Positions 19,878-28,715 of a DNA stretch of 32,559 nucleotides are shown one piece after another. Positions within the stretch are counted from its first letter, which is position 1; the number at the start of each line of letters is the position of its first letter. The translations under genes were made by a program, and so were the position numbers. Below the pieces are notes generated by a model, which saw only the letters and a list, made by a program, of their open reading frames with translations, ran no database searches and was not told the origin of the DNA. Source of the DNA: Lentisphaeria bacterium (GTDB lineage: Bacteria > Verrucomicrobiota > Lentisphaeria > JABSQK01); contig JABSQK010000051.1 in the NCBI GenBank assembly GCA_013215875.1, positions 1-32,559 on the forward strand, written 5' to 3'.

Positions 19878-20237
19878 ATGACTTTTCTAGTATGTTCCAA
19901 GTCTGTCAAACAACGGGAGATAGTAAGTATAATGCTCAGAGAGCTCTGCGAGATCGCCATTTCAAAGCCCATGCTGATTTACACAATTCCAGCGGGGCTC
20001 AGCATCATCTATTGGATCGTCACCATTTGCGGAATATTTAGTTTTGACGGGGTTGTGGATGGGGCGGTTGACGGGCTTGTAGATGGGGCGGTAGACGGCG
20101 TGGTTGATGGCCTTGTTGATGGCCTTGTTGATGGTGCGGTAGACGGGCTTGTTGATGGCGCAGTGGATGGTGTGGTTGATGGGGCAATAGATGGGGCAAT
20201 AGATGGGGGCGCTGATTTGATTGCAGCGCTGATTTGA
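19878..20237 (+). CDS. small membrane protein with 14 tandem D-G-[AVLG]-[VIA] tetrapeptide repeats; probable N-terminal module of a split NfeD gene
   Basis: One hydrophobic helix (LSIIYWIVTICGIFSF), then (DGVV/DGAV/DGLV/DGAI)x14. Third codon positions vary synonymously, which supports real coding. Stop TGA lies inside the second copy of a 17-bp tandem duplication. Confidence 0.5.
   Translation: MTFLVCSKSVKQREIVSIMLRELCEIAISKPMLIYTIPAGLSIIYWIVTICGIFSFDGVVDGAVDGLVDGAVDGVVDGLVDGLVDGAVDGLVDGAVDGVVDGAIDGAIDGGADLIAALI
20046..20213 (+). repeat. 14 tandem 12-bp units GAY-GGN-NNN-NNN, coding, frame-preserving
   Basis: Direct reading of the sequence. Minus-strand ORFs over this region are repeat artefacts. 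Confidence 0.85.
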
Positions 20238-20244
20238 TTGCAGC
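20211..20244 (+). repeat. perfect 17-bp tandem duplication GCTGATTTGATTGCAGC x2
   Basis: The two copies are identical and adjacent. Because 17 is not a multiple of 3, the duplication shifts frame between ORF 19878-20237 and ORF 20234-20755. Confidence 0.9.
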
Positions 20245-20755
20245 ACCTCCTGGTGCGTCTGTGATGTATAAGGTGTGCAACTTAATAAACCTGGGCATGG
20301 TGCCGGCAACCATTGTATTAACCCTGCTTGTTTGGAAAATGTGGCTCATAGCCCTTTTTGGCACTTATTACTTTGGTGCAGCACTGGGAGCCAGCCTGCC
20401 CGCAATCGGCGTCTTTCTGATAATCTTCTTTATCAGCCTGATCATCGCATTCATCCTTACCATCGCAACAACATGGCCAATCAAAAAACTTTTTCAAAAA
20501 GGAGTGACTTATCATGGTCGGGAGCACTTGATAGGTGGCGAGTGTGTAATAACTTCTAGTGGTGTAGATAACTCATATGGCAGAGCAGAAGTCGCTATTG
20601 GCGGTTCACCAATTATTATAGATGTGGTGTCAGATGAAACTTTTAAGAAAGAAGACATGGCAAGAATCGTTCTGTACAATAAAGTGAAAAATACATATAC
20701 AATTGAAACTATAAATAAGGAGAGTGGTAATGGCAATATTTTATCGGAAAATTGA
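20234..20755 (+). CDS. NfeD family membrane protein (TM segments plus C-terminal OB-fold)
   Basis: Two or three TM helices, then an OB-fold region GECVITSSGVDNSYGRAEVAIGGSPIIIDVVSDETF typical of short NfeD/YuaF-like proteins. No Shine-Dalgarno before any candidate start (TTG 20234, ATG 20264, ATG 20297); CCTCC lies upstream. Overlaps the flotillin start. Confidence 0.7.
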   Translation: MIAAPPGASVMYKVCNLINLGMVPATIVLTLLVWKMWLIALFGTYYFGAALGASLPAIGVFLIIFFISLIIAFILTIATTWPIKKLFQKGVTYHGREHLIGGECVITSSGVDNSYGRAEVAIGGSPIIIDVVSDETFKKEDMARIVLYNKVKNTYTIETINKESGNGNILSEN

Positions 20756-22754
20756 GCAAGGTAAGGCCTTGATCATTAGTGGCTTGGGTAAACCGAAAGT
20801 TAAATTTAGTGGAGCGATTGTCAATCCATTTCTGGATAAAGTCGAAGTTATGGATATCTCCGTGAAGACAATTGAGATTGACCGTCGTGGGAAAAATGGT
20901 TTGATCTGTAAGGATATGATTCGCGCGGATATCATTGTCTCCTTTTATATACGTGTGAATGCTACCGAAGAAGACGTCAAGCAAGTTGCAAGTATGGTGG
21001 GTTGTGAACGTGCATCGGATATTAATACTCTGGAAACACTCTTCTCGGCAAAATTCTCCGAAGCTTTAAAAACTGCCGGAATTCGAATGGATTTTGTTGA
21101 GCTTTTTGATAACCGGGATCAGTTCAAAGAAGAAATCATCAAGGTCATCGGTTCAGATCTAAATGGTTATTCTCTGGAAGATGCTGCCATCGATTATATC
21201 GAACAAACACCGCTTGATGCGCTTGATGAAGACAACATGCAGGACTCCGAAGGTATTCGCAAGATCACCGAGATTACCTCAAAGAAGCACATCCTTACCA
21301 ATGAATTTGAAAAGGACGAAGAAAAAGAAATCACCCGTAAAAATGTTGAAACCAAAGAGACGATTTACGAATTGGAACGCCAGCAGGCAGAAGCCGAAGC
21401 CAAACAGTTACGGGAAATTGCCACTGCCCAGGCGCGCGAAGAATCACTGACTGCTCAGGTCCAGGCCGAAGAAAGGTTAAAAGCTGAGACAGCCGAAAAG
21501 AAAACCGAAGAAGAACTGGGCATAGTCGAAGAAAATAAACGCCGTGCCATAGAGCTTGCTGCAAAAGGCCGCGAACGCGAGATTGGTGTGGAATCGGAAC
21601 GTGTCGAACAGGCTCGTGAGCTGCAAGCTACAGAACGCGAACGCCTGGTTACTATCGAACAATGGCGCAAAGATAAGGACGTGGAAGTCGAGAAAAAAGC
21701 GATTCAAGAAGTGATTCGCGAACGTGTCGCACTCGAACGCTCCGTGGCAGAAGAGCAGGAAAAGATTAAAGACGTTGAAAAAATTGCGGATGCCGAACGT
21801 ACCCGCCAAGCGGATGTAATCATTGCCGAAAAAGATGCTCAGGAATTATTGGTAAGAGAAACTGTAGAGGCTGAAGCAAAAGAAATTGCCGCCAAGTTTA
21901 TTGCCAATGAAACGGTGATACTTGCTGAAGCAGATAAAAAGCAGGCCGAACATGAAGCCGAAGCTGCCATGGTGCGAGCCGCTGCAAAAATCAAAGTGGA
22001 AGCTGCCGACGGTATGGCAAAAGTGGAAGTGGAAAAAGCCGAAGCCGAAGCCATTGAGCTAAAAGGTAGAGCTGAAGCTATTGCCTTGCGTGAAATAAAA
22101 ACTGCCGAAGCGGATGGTACACTAGCAAATGGTACAGCAGAGGCAAAAGCGAAAACAGCAATGTATAACAGCGATGCCGAGGGTACCACAAAAATCGGAA
22201 CCGCAGATGCACATGCAATGGCTGCTAAGTTCGAAGCAGATGCAAATGGAATCAACCAAAAAGCGGATGCCATGAAAAACTTCGACGGTGTTGGTCGTGA
22301 ACATGAAGAATTCAAACTCGAACTGAACCTGGAAGAACGCATTAAGATTGCTGAGATCGATAAGGATCGTCAGGTTGCGGAATATCAGTCTGAGATCATG
22401 GGCGAAGCAATGCGCAGTGCCGATATCGATATCGTTGGTGGCGATGGCGTGTTCCTCGACAACTTCTTTAAGTCAATCACCCTGGCAAAATCAGTTGATG
22501 CCTTTGTGGATGAAAGTGCAGTTGCTAAAGGCTTCATCGACGGTGAAAACAAAATTGGCGAACAGCTTAAAAACCTGATTGGTGCAGAGGGTCTAAAAGC
22601 CGCAGATATTAAAGACTTGACCGTCTCTGCTCTGCTGGCAAAACTGGCACTTGAAGGAAAAAAGGAAAGCACCCGGAAAGTGGCAACAAGCTTGCAAGAG
22701 CATGTCAGCGCAATGGGTTTACAAGATCTAATGGCAATGTACCTCGCTAAGTAG
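20730..22754 (+). CDS. flotillin-like SPFH/Band-7 domain protein with long coiled-coil
   Basis: N-terminal SPFH domain (AIFYRKIEQGKALIISGLGKPKVKF...), then ~300 aa of E/A/K-rich coiled-coil. AAGGAGA Shine-Dalgarno 6 nt before ATG 20730. Classic NfeD-flotillin operon partner. Confidence 0.85.
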   Translation: MAIFYRKIEQGKALIISGLGKPKVKFSGAIVNPFLDKVEVMDISVKTIEIDRRGKNGLICKDMIRADIIVSFYIRVNATEEDVKQVASMVGCERASDINTLETLFSAKFSEALKTAGIRMDFVELFDNRDQFKEEIIKVIGSDLNGYSLEDAAIDYIEQTPLDALDEDNMQDSEGIRKITEITSKKHILTNEFEKDEEKEITRKNVETKETIYELERQQAEAEAKQLREIATAQAREESLTAQVQAEERLKAETAEKKTEEELGIVEENKRRAIELAAKGREREIGVESERVEQARELQATERERLVTIEQWRKDKDVEVEKKAIQEVIRERVALERSVAEEQEKIKDVEKIADAERTRQADVIIAEKDAQELLVRETVEAEAKEIAAKFIANETVILAEADKKQAEHEAEAAMVRAAAKIKVEAADGMAKVEVEKAEAEAIELKGRAEAIALREIKTAEADGTLANGTAEAKAKTAMYNSDAEGTTKIGTADAHAMAAKFEADANGINQKADAMKNFDGVGREHEEFKLELNLEERIKIAEIDKDRQVAEYQSEIMGEAMRSADIDIVGGDGVFLDNFFKSITLAKSVDAFVDESAVAKGFIDGENKIGEQLKNLIGAEGLKAADIKDLTVSALLAKLALEGKKESTRKVATSLQEHVSAMGLQDLMAMYLAK

Positions 22755-22911
22755 CGAGGCAGTTAATAGATTCTAGTTAATAGTTTATAGCAAAAGAGGA
22801 CCAGGGACCAGTCAAGAAAATTGAAGGTTGATCGTTTAGTGTAAACGTATACAGTAAACAAATACCAGACTGGTCTGTCCCAACTATCAACCAATAACTA
22901 TGAACTAATAT

Positions 22912-24972
22912 TCATCGTCTGATATCGTAATAGAGCACAGCATCGTCGTCGTCTTTCAGTGAATTTGAAAGAAAGTCTTTTGTGAGTTGTTTATTTCTAT
23001 CTACTGGTTCGAGCACGAGTTGGACAGTTTTTCCAATCGTCAGTTTAGCAATTGGCAGAATCTTTTTTTCCTTCATCACCCAGTGTAGCACGCGAATCTT
23101 TTTACCTTTGTATTTTCCTGAATTTACTTTGTCGACACTGTATTCAAATACGGCGAGCTCCTGGAAATAGGGTTTGATTTCATGATAGGGTTGAATGGCT
23201 GATTTTGCCAGAAGTTTGGCGCTTATCTTGAGCAGGGGAACTTTCTTGCGCTTGCTGATAGATGACTTGAAGTTTTTATAATTTCGCAGGGCAGTTTTGC
23301 CGGTCATAAATTTACTATTAACAACGACACCTTCTATGAGACCATCCCAATTATTCTTGCGACCGGGACTGCTGCCGAATACAAGTTCTGTTCCCTTCCA
23401 GCTGCCGAAACCGCCTTTGAGGGAATTAATCATTTTGGCAGTACGGCCGTTTTTAAAGCAAATCAACGTACCTGATTTGTATGTGATGATGATGTGGTAC
23501 CGTTTTGCAGTCAGTTTAAACAGTGGAATCCAGGCCTTTTCTTTCCCGGCAGTTGCCATGGAAAAGTAGAGCAGATTCTTTTTTTGTGCGAGGATAAAAT
23601 CCTGGCTGCCTTGTTTGTTGGTATTGGACATGATCTCAGCGTAGTCTTCGCCTTTTAGCTTGAGAGCGGCGGGCGTGATAAATAATTCGAGTGAGAATTC
23701 GCCGCTCTTTTTGCATGCCGATAATATATGAGCACCGGCACCTTTAGTGAAGAATGAGCCACCACGTGCATCCATGACATAGTTGTGATTTAGGTCTGCC
23801 AGGTCGCGCAGTGTAAGACCGAAGCCTTCGATTTTGATGCCCTGTTTATTGTAGACCAGTGCATCGTTTAATTTTCCGGTGGGCCAAAGAAAAAGTGCCC
23901 TGGGACTGACGGCACGATACCATTTACTTTTTTTAATGAGCTTAACCCGTTTCTTTTTAACTGGCCTTTTGGATGATGGTTTTGCTTTGCTAATTTTTTT
24001 AGAAGCCGCTGATTCAATCCAGGCATGAGCGGAGGTATCAAAAAATTGGCCTTTGCTAACTTGGACCCATTTTTCGACCTTATTGAATTCTTTGTCGAAA
24101 CGACCCAGGAAAACATTGCAGCCTTTTGTATATTTAAGCGTGTTTGGAAAGGGTCCGACAACAGTCATGAACTGCAAATGTGTAGACCACTTGGGATTCC
24201 AGTATTCACCGCCGCCATTGGGCGTGACAGTCATGGAACGGGCGCCACCGCCACCGGGATTATACATGGTGATCGTTCTATGGTTGCCGACCATGTGAAA
24301 AAATCGATAACTGTTGTCGGGAGCAATATAGGCGTTGCAACCGCTGCCATACGCTGTCCATTTCAAGGCTTTGGTCTCAGCAACGCCAACACGGGGCCAG
24401 GCAAACTCGCCGCCCATGCGGGTTCCGTCTTCTGAAGTGCTGATCCGCAGGGTGATTAGTTTTGATGTTCCTTTTGGCCAGACCACTTCTTCTTTTTTTG
24501 GATTGTCAATCTTGATCCGGATCATTGACCCACCGTATCCATTCCGCATCACATACAACCATTCTTTTTTATCCTTGGGATCTACAGAGGTGCATAGGCC
24601 ATATGAGCCGGAGGTAACAACCTTGTCGTTCTTACCATTCCAGTCGACAACATGAACCTGGTCCCCATCTCCACTATAAATTACACGCTCTCCGTCACGG
24701 GTTAAAAAAGGTACGGAAGCACGTATGGGTCCTTTGACCAAGACACGCTCTTTACCATCTTTGGTATCAAAACACATGATACTGTAGACGGAGTGATGCC
24801 CATCCGGCACCCCTTTACCCTCTACTACAGATCTCAGCCAGACGACTTTCGTATGTGCCCCTTCCGTCATTTCAAGGATTGCTTTTGTAAGGTCGTCTGC
24901 AGCGTTGGCGGAGCCCAAAGATATCAGGGCGAGTAAACTAATAACAAGAAATTGATCTGTCCAAGTCTTCAC
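22912..24972 (-). CDS. secreted protein, N-terminal beta-propeller-like region plus C-terminal LamG/concanavalin-like domain
   Basis: Signal peptide MKTWTDQFLVISLLALISLGSANA. Lys-rich linker (KKKRVKLIKKSK). Segment ...NNWDGLIEGVVVNS resembles LamG-fold proteins. Confidence 0.55.
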   Translation of the reverse strand: MKTWTDQFLVISLLALISLGSANAADDLTKAILEMTEGAHTKVVWLRSVVEGKGVPDGHHSVYSIMCFDTKDGKERVLVKGPIRASVPFLTRDGERVIYSGDGDQVHVVDWNGKNDKVVTSGSYGLCTSVDPKDKKEWLYVMRNGYGGSMIRIKIDNPKKEEVVWPKGTSKLITLRISTSEDGTRMGGEFAWPRVGVAETKALKWTAYGSGCNAYIAPDNSYRFFHMVGNHRTITMYNPGGGGARSMTVTPNGGGEYWNPKWSTHLQFMTVVGPFPNTLKYTKGCNVFLGRFDKEFNKVEKWVQVSKGQFFDTSAHAWIESAASKKISKAKPSSKRPVKKKRVKLIKKSKWYRAVSPRALFLWPTGKLNDALVYNKQGIKIEGFGLTLRDLADLNHNYVMDARGGSFFTKGAGAHILSACKKSGEFSLELFITPAALKLKGEDYAEIMSNTNKQGSQDFILAQKKNLLYFSMATAGKEKAWIPLFKLTAKRYHIIITYKSGTLICFKNGRTAKMINSLKGGFGSWKGTELVFGSSPGRKNNWDGLIEGVVVNSKFMTGKTALRNYKNFKSSISKRKKVPLLKISAKLLAKSAIQPYHEIKPYFQELAVFEYSVDKVNSGKYKGKKIRVLHWVMKEKKILPIAKLTIGKTVQLVLEPVDRNKQLTKDFLSNSLKDDDDAVLYYDIRR

Positions 24973-25142
24973 GATATTCCCATGTTTTGGCGAATTGTTA
25001 CTCAGTTTGTACGAATGAATGTGTTGTAAAAAGACTGAATTAACGAATCTGAATACATCTGAAAGTTTTTAATTCGCGTTTTATTTTAAATTAATACGTG
25101 AAGGTTTGAATGCAAGACAGGGTGCAGATCTTTTGTTTGAAC

Positions 25143-25182
25143 GAAATTTAAAAGAGAAAAGGCAGCCAAATTGGCTGCCTTA
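25143..25182 (-). terminator. rho-independent terminator of xylA
   Basis: Minus-strand read: AAGGCAGCCA att TGGCTGCCTT (10-bp stem) followed by TTCTCTTTTAAATTT. Confidence 0.6.
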
Positions 25183-25203
25183 ACGTTTATTAAATTGATT
25201 GGT

Positions 25204-26514
25204 CTAGATATAGGTATTTACAATATTTTCCAGGTATTCTTGGCGACCACTGCGTAGTTCGGGCTCGCCAGAACTGAGTACTTGTGCATCGAGTTCATCA
25301 AAGCTACAAGTTCCTGCAAGGATTGATTTACCCAGCTCAGAATCCCAGCTTGAGTAGCGATCGGCGATTTCAGCATCTAAGGCACCATCATCAATAATTT
25401 GCTGGGCAATTAAGAGACCGCGGGCAAATGTATCCATGGCACCAATGTGAGCATGGAAGAGATCGACAGTATCTGTAGAGGCACGACGCACTTTCGCATC
25501 GAAATTAAGACCGCCTGAACCGAGACCACCTTGCTTTTGAATAATCATCATGGCATAGACTGCATCGTAGAGATTTGTTGGGAACTGGTCTGTATCCCAG
25601 CCAAGCATGACATCGCCGCGGTTAGCATCGACACTGCCCAGCAATCCGGCATTTGAAGCAATTGCCAGTTCGTGCTCAAATGTGTGGCCGGCTAGGGTTG
25701 CATGGTTGGCTTCAATATTAAGTTTGAAATGGTCGATCAGGTCGTATTCGCGCAGGAACGAAATAACGGTTGCGGAATCGTGGTCGTATTGATGTTTTGT
25801 GGGTTCGCATGGTTTTGGTTCAATAAGGAACTGGCCAGTAAAACCAATTTTCTTTTTGTAGTCCACAGCCATTTGAAGAAAGCTTGCGAATGAATCGAGC
25901 TCTTGCTTGAGGTTTGTATTAAGCAGTGTGTCGTAGCCTTCACGACCGCCCCAGAATACGTAGTTTTCGCCACCAAGTTGGGCAGTTGCATCCATGGCAT
26001 GTTTAATTTGTGACGATGCAGTAGCAAAAACACCCAGATTTGAACTCGTTCCAGCACCACAGGCATAACGTGGATGAACAAACAAACAAGCGGTTCCCCA
26101 TAGCAACTTGATACCGGTTTCATTTTGCTTCTTCTCTGCAAGGGCGACCACGTGGTCGAGATTTTTGCATGATTCAGCAAATGTGTCGCCTTCAGGGGCG
26201 ATATCGCGGTCATGGAAACAGTAGTAATCGACACCCAGCTTTTGGCAAAATTCAAAGTTTGCATCGAGGGTCATTGCAGCGATTTCGAGTGGACTACTGC
26301 CCTTATCCCAAGGACGATCATAGGTACCCACACCAAACATGTCTGCACCAGACCCTTTATATGTGTGCCAATATGCCACGGCATAGCGTAGGGTTTCACC
26401 CATTGTTTTGCCGGCAACGACCTGGTCTTTATTGAACCACTTATATGCCAGTGGATTTTTTGAATCCGGCCCTTCATATGTTACAACGTCTTTTACCTCA
26501 GTGAAATAGTCCAT
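25204..26514 (-). CDS. xylA: xylose isomerase
   Basis: Full-length match to XylA architecture (FEGPDSKNPLAYKWF..., conserved WGGREG, metal-binding His/Glu/Asp residues). AGGAG sits 8 nt before the second ATG (26514); the first ATG (26520) is only 2 nt after it. Confidence 0.93.
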   Translation of the reverse strand: MDYFTEVKDVVTYEGPDSKNPLAYKWFNKDQVVAGKTMGETLRYAVAYWHTYKGSGADMFGVGTYDRPWDKGSSPLEIAAMTLDANFEFCQKLGVDYYCFHDRDIAPEGDTFAESCKNLDHVVALAEKKQNETGIKLLWGTACLFVHPRYACGAGTSSNLGVFATASSQIKHAMDATAQLGGENYVFWGGREGYDTLLNTNLKQELDSFASFLQMAVDYKKKIGFTGQFLIEPKPCEPTKHQYDHDSATVISFLREYDLIDHFKLNIEANHATLAGHTFEHELAIASNAGLLGSVDANRGDVMLGWDTDQFPTNLYDAVYAMMIIQKQGGLGSGGLNFDAKVRRASTDTVDLFHAHIGAMDTFARGLLIAQQIIDDGALDAEIADRYSSWDSELGKSILAGTCSFDELDAQVLSSGEPELRSGRQEYLENIVNTYI

Positions 26515-26712
26515 TTCCATAACTCCTAGAATTTAAATTTATCGGTTTACTAAAGAGCTGAACATTACGAGGATTTGGGTGTTTTTCAATAGTGAGGGTT
26601 TGAATAATTGAGAATTGGCCGGGCGGTCTTGAATAGAATGCATGAAAGAGCTTGAAAAAAGCATGTTTTGGCAATAAATTACTAGTATCATTTGAATCAA
26701 AGGAATCGAATT

Positions 26713-27591
26713 ATGAAACAACGACTATTTTTGCTTGCTTTACTTTACAGTTTTTCCGGTTTTGCATACATGGAAACTACCCGCCTGATTAAAATAAATG
26801 AAAATGGCAGTGGGTTTATACATTTAAGAGTTCTGGTGAATTCGGAAGTTGTTGGAGAAGGGAAACCGATCTTTAACCAAAAACAACTTAGAGCAGCAGC
26901 AGCTCAGCTTGGTTCCGGTTGCACGCTGGTTGCCGCCAAGGAAGTAAAACGCGGCAAAGGCAAATGGTATGGCTTTATTGCAAAATACTCATTTTCAAAT
27001 ATTCGCAAAATCACCATTCAAGCGGATGAGATCATCGATATGTCAAAACTAGGTGGAGATGAAGAGGGCGAAGAGGCTGAAGAAGAGGAAGAATTTTATG
27101 ATGAAGAGGAAGAGGACGAGGATGAAGGAGATGAGGACGATGAAGATTTCGCTTTAGAGGGCATCAGCTGGACATTCCATTTCACTCAAGGCGAAGTCAA
27201 CATATTAAAAATCAATCCTAATGGGTTTGTCATCGAACAAGGCGGAGAAGATGACTTTGAAGAAGATGACGAAGACGACGAAGAACTTGGAGAAGATGAC
27301 GATACAGAGGACTTTCTAGATAAACAGCGTGGTCATCGAAATGTCATCTACATACAAATGCAGAGTGAAAAAGTCGATATTGCAAAAAGAGAATTTATTG
27401 CTTCTGATGAGCACCAGAATACCATCATACTTTACGATGAGCAATGGGATACGCTTGCGACAAATGAAAAAGCCCGTGCTATTCTTCAAACATCCGGCAA
27501 CAGAGCCGGCTTAAAGGGCCTTCAAGGCTTTCGTGGTATTTCCGAAAAAATCGAGATTACTTTCGGTGGGGAAGAGGAAGACGCCGAATAA
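26713..27591 (+). CDS. secreted highly acidic low-complexity protein
   Basis: Signal peptide MKQRLFLLALLYSFSGFA. Two poly-Asp/Glu tracts (EEEGEEAEEEEEFYDEEEEDEDEGDEDDEDF and EDDFEEDDEDDEELGEDDDTEDF). AAAGGAA Shine-Dalgarno before ATG 26713; track start TTG 26692. Confidence 0.6.
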   Translation: MKQRLFLLALLYSFSGFAYMETTRLIKINENGSGFIHLRVLVNSEVVGEGKPIFNQKQLRAAAAQLGSGCTLVAAKEVKRGKGKWYGFIAKYSFSNIRKITIQADEIIDMSKLGGDEEGEEAEEEEEFYDEEEEDEDEGDEDDEDFALEGISWTFHFTQGEVNILKINPNGFVIEQGGEDDFEEDDEDDEELGEDDDTEDFLDKQRGHRNVIYIQMQSEKVDIAKREFIASDEHQNTIILYDEQWDTLATNEKARAILQTSGNRAGLKGLQGFRGISEKIEITFGGEEEDAE

Positions 27592-27593
27592 TA

Positions 27594-28715
27594 ATGTCTG
27601 CCAGACTTATTTACGCAGACAGTGAATCATCTCCCGATATGCTTTATGCATGCGGAATTTTTGTACCCGATTCCTTTTTGTGGATGGACCTGGATGGCAA
27701 ATCTGTCGTGGTTGTCAGTGCGCTTGAATACGCCAGAGTAAAAAAATTCCTTGCCAAAAAAGCCGAAGTTATCAGTTTTTCAGAGTTAAAAGAACGGTAT
27801 GATTTAAAGACTTTAAGCCCTGCAGATCAAATTGCCGCACTTGCCAAAAAGCACTTTAAACGACGCTCATTTAAAGTTCCATATAATTTTCCTGCCGGCT
27901 TAATGGATGAGCTGGCAAAAAAGCACAAAATAAAACTGCAGCCGGTAAAAGGCTATTTTTTCCCCGAGCGCGAATTTAAAACAGCCAAAGAAATTCGCCA
28001 TCTTAGTGACGGCGTGAAACTTGCCGAAGCGGGTATGTATGTCGCTTTCGACATTCTCAAGAAAGCAAAAATTCGCGGGACTAAATTAATCTGGAATAAA
28101 AAGGAACTCACTGCGGATATATTGCGCGGCGAGATCGACGCGCACATTTCACGGCTTGGCGGCCTGCCCGCACATACAATCGTTGCTCCTGGAAAAGAGG
28201 GCGCAGATCCGCACAATGTCGGACACGGTCTCATTCGCCCACACCAGCCAATCATCATCGATATTTTTCCCCGTGTTATGAACACAGGCTATTTTGGTGA
28301 CTTAACCCGTACGGTGGTAAAAGGGACTGCCAATGATATTACCTGGAAAGCATTCAATGCAGTAAAGGATGCGCGCGACTCGGCGATTGCCCAATTAAAA
28401 GACGGTGTGCTGTCGAAGACCATACATCAAGGCGTGGTTAGCTGTCTAGAGTCCCATGGCTTTGAGACGGATTCCAAAGTGGCAAAACCCTATGGCTTTT
28501 TTCACAGTACGGGACACGGGCTTGGCCTGGAAATACATGAGCAACCCCGACTTAGCAATGTGAATGTGCGCATGCGAAAAGGCCATGTGGTGACCGTCGA
28601 ACCCGGACTCTATTACCCAAAATGGGGTGGCTTGCGCCTCGAAGATGTGCTGGTCGTTACGAAGCATGGCTGCCGCAACTTAACCACAGTCGATACCTTT
28701 TTGGAAATAAAATGA
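27594..28715 (+). CDS. M24 family Xaa-Pro aminopeptidase (aminopeptidase P/prolidase-like)
   Basis: Creatinase/prolidase N-terminal domain plus M24 C-terminal domain with HGLGLEIHEQP. Confidence 0.85.
   Translation: MSARLIYADSESSPDMLYACGIFVPDSFLWMDLDGKSVVVVSALEYARVKKFLAKKAEVISFSELKERYDLKTLSPADQIAALAKKHFKRRSFKVPYNFPAGLMDELAKKHKIKLQPVKGYFFPEREFKTAKEIRHLSDGVKLAEAGMYVAFDILKKAKIRGTKLIWNKKELTADILRGEIDAHISRLGGLPAHTIVAPGKEGADPHNVGHGLIRPHQPIIIDIFPRVMNTGYFGDLTRTVVKGTANDITWKAFNAVKDARDSAIAQLKDGVLSKTIHQGVVSCLESHGFETDSKVAKPYGFFHSTGHGLGLEIHEQPRLSNVNVRMRKGHVVTVEPGLYYPKWGGLRLEDVLVVTKHGCRNLTTVDTFLEIK

Noticed and set aside
19962-20364. Minus-strand ORFs 19962-20309 and 20038-20364 (115 and 108 aa; proline, histidine and glutamine-rich)
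   Set aside because: Artefacts of reading the 12-bp coding repeat on the opposite strand; the plus-strand frame shows synonymous-site variation consistent with coding.
21839-22342. 167-aa Ala/Ser-rich minus-strand ORF inside the flotillin gene
   Set aside because: Reverse complement of GAA/GCN-rich coiled-coil codons yields an open Ala/Ser frame; artefact.
25737-26264. 175-aa minus-strand ORF within xylA in another frame
   Set aside because: The xylA frame is fully conserved; the overlapping ORF has no support.
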